Shown in pieces: positions 60,329 to 64,000 of a DNA stretch of 64,000 nucleotides. Position numbers and translations under genes: made by a program. This DNA is from Burkholderiales bacterium (GTDB taxonomy: Bacteria; Pseudomonadota; Gammaproteobacteria; Burkholderiales; SG8-41). Under the pieces are notes generated by a model, which did no database searches, was not told the origin of the DNA, and worked only from the letters and a program-made list of their open reading frames with translations. The first letter of the stretch is position 1, and each line of letters begins with the position of its first letter. The stretch lies in NCBI GenBank assembly GCA_038144955.1, contig JAYQOT010000001.1, positions 37,812-101,811 on the forward strand. The letters are read 5' to 3'.

Positions 60329-60600
60329 ATTGTGATTACTCCCAGCTAAAGTCAGTTGATGAAACTGCGCATGCAACGCGCACCCCAGCCGCTTTTTCCG
60401 GGCGGCCCCCCGGTCATAGGACTAATGCAGGGGATTATGGTGGATCGCTGAAAGTGGCGTCCAGTGTTTACCCGGATGACAGGATGGTTCAGGGTATTGA
60501 AGGGGCTTGTGATCCTCTTGCGCGTCGCAGCACGAACGTTTGAGCATGATCTGGTCAGTGAAACGTTTGATTCTGGGATAATTGGATTACAGGAGGTTTT

Positions 60601-61497
60601 ATGGGCATCACCATCTATCCCGTCACACCGGAATTTGCTGCTGAAATCGGCGATGTTGATTTGTCAAAGCCGTTGGCCGCTGACGATTTGTCTGCCATCA
60701 AGGCTGCATTCTGGAAATATTCAGTCCTGGTTTTTCCACAGCAGACCCTGACGACTGATCAGCAACTGGAGTTTTCTTCTCACTTCGGACCGATCGAACG
60801 GGAGCGTACGCTGGATCCGAAAGCGACCCCGACTCGTTATACCGGGGCGTTTGCCGACATTTCGAACCTGACTGCTGACGGCAAGATCTGGGGCGAGAGC
60901 AGCCGCCAGCGCATGTACAAGGCTGGAAACCGGTTATGGCATACCGACAGTTCGTTCAAGCGGCTGCCCAGCATCTGTTCGCTGCTCTATTCGGAAAAAA
61001 TCGCTCCGATCGGCGGACATACCGAATTTGCCGACCAGCGGGCAGCCTACGATGCACTGCCCGAAGCAATGAAGAAAAAACTGCACGGCCTGGTTGCAGA
61101 GCACTGTATCGCGACCTCCAGACGGCGCAACGGATTTACGGAATTCACTGAAGAAGAACAGATGCGCCTGCCGCCGGTGCCGCAGATGCTGGTGCGTACC
61201 ATCCCGGAAAACGGGCGCAAGTCGCTGTTTGTCGCCTCACACGCAGGCCGCATCTGGGGCATGCCCGATGCCGAAGGGCGCGCACTGATTGACGAATTGA
61301 TTGCGCATGTCACTCAGCTCCAGTTCGTCTATACCCATCGCTGGCGCCCCCACGAACTGATCATGTGGGACAACCGCTGCACGATGCACCGCGGCACTGA
61401 ATTCGATGACCTGCGCTGGGTGCGCGACATGCGGCGGGTGACCGTCAGCGATGTTGCGAACTCCTGTGAACAGGAAGGTGTGCCGGTTCCCGCCTGA
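60601..61497 (+). CDS. TfdA/TauD-family Fe(II)/2-oxoglutarate-dependent dioxygenase
   Basis: 298 aa. AGGAGG lies 6 nt upstream. The WHTDSSF (H-x-D) facial-triad motif, the distal His in YTHRW, and MWDNRCTMHRG are present. Confidence 0.85.
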   Translation: MGITIYPVTPEFAAEIGDVDLSKPLAADDLSAIKAAFWKYSVLVFPQQTLTTDQQLEFSSHFGPIERERTLDPKATPTRYTGAFADISNLTADGKIWGESSRQRMYKAGNRLWHTDSSFKRLPSICSLLYSEKIAPIGGHTEFADQRAAYDALPEAMKKKLHGLVAEHCIATSRRRNGFTEFTEEEQMRLPPVPQMLVRTIPENGRKSLFVASHAGRIWGMPDAEGRALIDELIAHVTQLQFVYTHRWRPHELIMWDNRCTMHRGTEFDDLRWVRDMRRVTVSDVANSCEQEGVPVPA

Positions 61498-61502
61498 ACC
61501 TC

Positions 61503-61540
61503 AAAAAAACACCCCGCCGCAGCGGGGTGTTTTTATTTTG
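61503..61540. terminator. bidirectional rho-independent terminator between convergent genes
   Basis: AAAAAAAC-ACCCCGC-CGCA-GCGGGGT-GTTTTTATTTT. A-run and T-run flank a perfect GC stem. It lies between the dioxygenase gene (+) and the OmpA-like gene (-). Confidence 0.75.
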
Positions 61541-61551
61541 CCGGAAGCCAA

Positions 61552-62061
61552 TCAGGTTTCTTCGCAGAACTTGGTGACTGCTACCGGTTGCCTGGCGTCT
61601 TTTCCTTCCCAGAACATCAAACTCTGGTCGATGCCTTTCTGTGACAGGTAGGCCTGGACTGCACGCGCGCGCTGTTCGTCGAGGTCGGTCAGACCCTCCT
61701 CGAATTCGGTTTGGTCGGTGTGGCCGGAAATGATCACGGAACTCACCTTGGTGGGGCGCTTGTCGCGACGGGTACCCTTGTTGAGCGTATTAACCAGCTT
61801 GTCGAGATCAGCCTTGGCGCCAGCCTTGAGCACAGCCGAACCATAATCAAAAGACTGATCGCCTTGCAGGTCGGCCTTGGTCATTACGCTTTGCGGACGC
61901 GCCCGCTTGGCGCCGGGCTTGGTGGGCCGTTCTTTCAGTCCGCCTACTTCAACGGTAACCCGCCGGTTCGGTTGCAGGCAGCTCACCAGTTCCGGGCTGG
62001 CAGCGCAGCCTGTGAGCAGTGCTGTCAGCGCAACAGCACAGATGGGCATGAGTTTCATCAT
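61552..62061 (-). CDS. OmpA-family lipoprotein (peptidoglycan-associated C-terminal domain)
   Basis: In-frame part of ORF 61552..62163. ATGATG at 62061/62058 follows GGAGAA. Lipobox LLTGC. ISGHTDQTE...RARAVQAYL OmpA-like motif. Confidence 0.82.
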   Translation of the reverse strand: MMKLMPICAVALTALLTGCAASPELVSCLQPNRRVTVEVGGLKERPTKPGAKRARPQSVMTKADLQGDQSFDYGSAVLKAGAKADLDKLVNTLNKGTRRDKRPTKVSSVIISGHTDQTEFEEGLTDLDEQRARAVQAYLSQKGIDQSLMFWEGKDARQPVAVTKFCEET

Positions 62062-62253
62062 CGTTCTCCTCTGGCAGATTATTGATATGTGACGCAAATC
62101 GAACTGCGTTAGTTGTGGATTCCAGCCTGTATCCACAACCCCAGTGTAACGCATGTGTGACAAAATCAGCCAAATATTCCGATACGCGCTGCATGGCGCT
62201 GTCGAGCCTGAGGGGAATGGGAGACCGGACCTTTATTCCGTGCCAGGGTGAAA

Positions 62254-63525
62254 TCAGCGACCCGGGGTATAGCCGTCGAACGAGCGTGCATCCATCAACC
62301 GGTCATGCGACATGTCGGCAATGCCGTTGATGCCGATCATCGCCATGTCGCGATCGATTTCGTCGCGCAGCAGACGAATGGCGTGACGCACGCCGGTCTC
62401 TCCGGCAACCGCGGCGGCATAGAGCATTGGTCTTCCCACAAAAACAAACCGCGCTCCCAGAGCCAGCGCTTTCATCACGTCAGTGCCGCGCCTGATGCCG
62501 CTGTCGAGCATTACGGTCATATCACCTGCGACATCGGCGATGCCAGGAAGTACCCGCAGTGGCGAGGTGGCGGAATCGAGCTGGCGTCCGCCATGGTTGG
62601 ACACGATGATGCCGTCAACACCATGTTCACGGGCAATGCGTGCATCTTCCCGCGCAAGGATGCCCTTGATGACAAACTTCCCCTTCCACAGTTGGCGCAT
62701 CAGCTTCACGTGTTCCCAGTTCAGGTGGTCGCGCTGGTTTCTCCAGCGCACCGCGGTACGCGATACCAGCGGTGTGCGCAGTCCCATGTTTTCGAAGTGC
62801 GGCATGCCCTGGGTGAAGTAAGTGCGCAGCGCGGTACCCAACAGCCAGCGCGGGCGCAGCATGCAATTCCATGCCAGGCGCAAATTTGGACGCAGCGGCG
62901 AATCGTAGCCGTTGCGGACATTGTTCTCGCGGTTGGCCCCCACCGGGATATCCACGGTCAATACCAGCGTTTCATATCCCGCACGTGCAACGCGTTCGAC
63001 CAGTTCGACGATCGCCTTGTTGTCACCCGGCAGGTAGGCCTGGAACCAGGTATGACGGCCTCCGGCCTCACGCACCTTCTCCAGGGGTGTCAGGGATGCC
63101 CCGCTGAGTATCATCGGCACATTGCTTCCCGCTGCGGCACGTGCCAATGCCAGGTCGCCCTGGTAGGCGGCAAGGGATGTGCCTCCCATGGGGGCAATTC
63201 CGAACGGTGAGTCGTAGTTTTGCCCGAACAGTTCTGTTTTCTGGCTGCGGGCCGAAACATTGACAAGCATTCGCGGGACCAGCGCCAGATCGTCGAACAC
63301 GCTCCGGTTCCAGGTCCGGGTCACGTTGCGTTCGACGCCCCCTGATACATAACCGAAAATCGGGCACGGAATGTAGCGACGTGCGGGCTCTTCAAAATCC
63401 TCCAGAGCAAGCATCATGCGCAGTGCAGGAGGGGCGCTCGCACTGAGCAGATGCGGGGCTGCGCGGTCGGCTGAGGAGGCGGTGGATGACGAGGAAGAAA
63501 CGGCGGTTTGATCTGCGGTGGGCAT
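62254..63525 (-). CDS. FMN-dependent alpha-hydroxy-acid dehydrogenase/oxidase (LldD / glycolate oxidase family)
   Basis: 423-aa ORF. The family core begins at about codon 37 (MMLALEDFEEPARRYIPCPIFGYVSGG; alternative start at 63417). SNHGGRQLD and GRP motifs are present. The first 36 codons are Ser/Ala-rich. Confidence 0.82.
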   Translation of the reverse strand: MPTADQTAVSSSSSTASSADRAAPHLLSASAPPALRMMLALEDFEEPARRYIPCPIFGYVSGGVERNVTRTWNRSVFDDLALVPRMLVNVSARSQKTELFGQNYDSPFGIAPMGGTSLAAYQGDLALARAAAGSNVPMILSGASLTPLEKVREAGGRHTWFQAYLPGDNKAIVELVERVARAGYETLVLTVDIPVGANRENNVRNGYDSPLRPNLRLAWNCMLRPRWLLGTALRTYFTQGMPHFENMGLRTPLVSRTAVRWRNQRDHLNWEHVKLMRQLWKGKFVIKGILAREDARIAREHGVDGIIVSNHGGRQLDSATSPLRVLPGIADVAGDMTVMLDSGIRRGTDVMKALALGARFVFVGRPMLYAAAVAGETGVRHAIRLLRDEIDRDMAMIGINGIADMSHDRLMDARSFDGYTPGR

Positions 63526-63620
63526 GTCGATACTCGTTCCCTGCGATGAAGAGGGGCAATGATAACGTGATTATCTTCCGCCGTTCCGGAACTGCGACCG
63601 GAAAGCGCAGTGTTATTCGG

Positions 63621-63875
63621 TCAGCGTTTTTCCGCCGTGACCCGGCCCTGGGCATTGACGTACACCCGGTAGCGGTTTTTGTCGCTGCAAGTGACCAGGT
63701 GATCACGATTGCCCTGCGTGACAACGTTTACCACCTGCCCGCAGGGCAGTCCCAGTAGCGACAGGGTCGCGGTCAGGTCACGGGCCAGAGCGCTGTTGTC
63801 TGCCGCCTGCACGTAAATGCTGAATGAAAGTGCGGCTGCGGATAACAGGATGAAACGATTTACGGTAATTTTCAT
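63621..63875 (-). CDS. hypothetical small exported protein
   Basis: 84 aa. Signal peptide MKITVNRFILLSAAALSFSIYVQA. The mature part has two Cys. No family recognised. Confidence 0.45.
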   Translation of the reverse strand: MKITVNRFILLSAAALSFSIYVQAADNSALARDLTATLSLLGLPCGQVVNVVTQGNRDHLVTCSDKNRYRVYVNAQGRVTAEKR

Positions 63876-63905
63876 GATGGATGATCCTTCTGCCAGTCCT
63901 GGATA

Positions 63906-64000
63906 TCAGAGCTTCGCAAATCTGGCAGGATCCGTCAGCACCAGCCAGATCGCTTCACGTGAGTTCATGATGGCGGCGGCCAACGGCGGGTCGCCGCTTT
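63906..64000 (-). CDS. 3' end of an unidentified gene running off the window
   Basis: Minus-strand frame reads ...SGDPPLAAAIMNSREAIWLVLTDPARFAKL* with its stop at 63906-63908. It is too short to classify and is not in the ORF track. Confidence 0.25.
   Translation of the reverse strand, partial: SGDPPLAAAIMNSREAIWLVLTDPARFAKL

Noticed and set aside
60464-60751. 95-aa plus-strand ORF overlapping the dioxygenase start
   Set aside because: It is out of frame with, and overlaps, a gene that has a strong SD and full family motifs. It has no features of its own.
46363-61540. Accessory region as a mobile genomic island
   Set aside because: I saw no integrase, transposase, tRNA/tmRNA attachment site, flanking direct repeats or phage genes. 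Composition and codon style look like the rest of the window by eye. I treat it as accessory metabolism, not a mobile element.

Overview
High-GC proteobacterial chromosome. Gene order (murB between murC and ddl, Bug-type solute receptors) suggests a betaproteobacterium; this is inference, not a search result. About 0-46 kb is conserved core. It holds the tail of a DUF3833/SDR/NTF2 cluster, the rsmI versus lpoA-yraN-diaA-dolP divergon, pyrC, a ChaC-like gene and RNase P RNA (rnpB). A complete dcw cell-wall/division cluster follows (mraZ-rsmH-ftsL-ftsI-murE-murF-mraY-murD-ftsW-murG-murC-murB-ddl-ftsQ-ftsA-ftsZ-lpxC), with a recognisable Pmra promoter and MraZ-box repeats. After it come a DciA-like gene, an M23 peptidase, secA, argJ, a DUF815 ATPase and a Nudix/ThiE-like fusion. 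Next are yacG-zapD-coaE-pilD-pilC (minus strand), a CorC-type transporter, the ypjD-like/ffh divergon, a nitroreductase and rpsP-rimM-trmD-rplS. About 46-62 kb is accessory and is the part worth a second look. A HutC/GntR regulator is divergent from 13 co-directional genes. These encode a split UxaA/SuyAB-like lyase, a TPP enzyme, a complete complex-II paralogue, a leaderless Cys-type sulfatase, two Bug receptors, a split class-I-fumarase-like Fe-S hydro-lyase and an Ldh_2 (malate/sulfolactate-type) dehydrogenase. The complex-II genes are in scrambled order (B-D-C, with A about 4 kb downstream), and the flavoprotein has Cys where the covalent-FAD His should be. A DUF1330 gene and a TfdA/TauD dioxygenase follow. 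I read this as a candidate undescribed pathway for a substituted or sulfonated C4-dicarboxylate analogue; the substrate is unproven. I saw no rRNA, tRNA, CRISPR, IS or phage genes. Many long antisense ORFs in the track are high-GC artefacts. All family calls come from motifs read by eye; no database search was possible.
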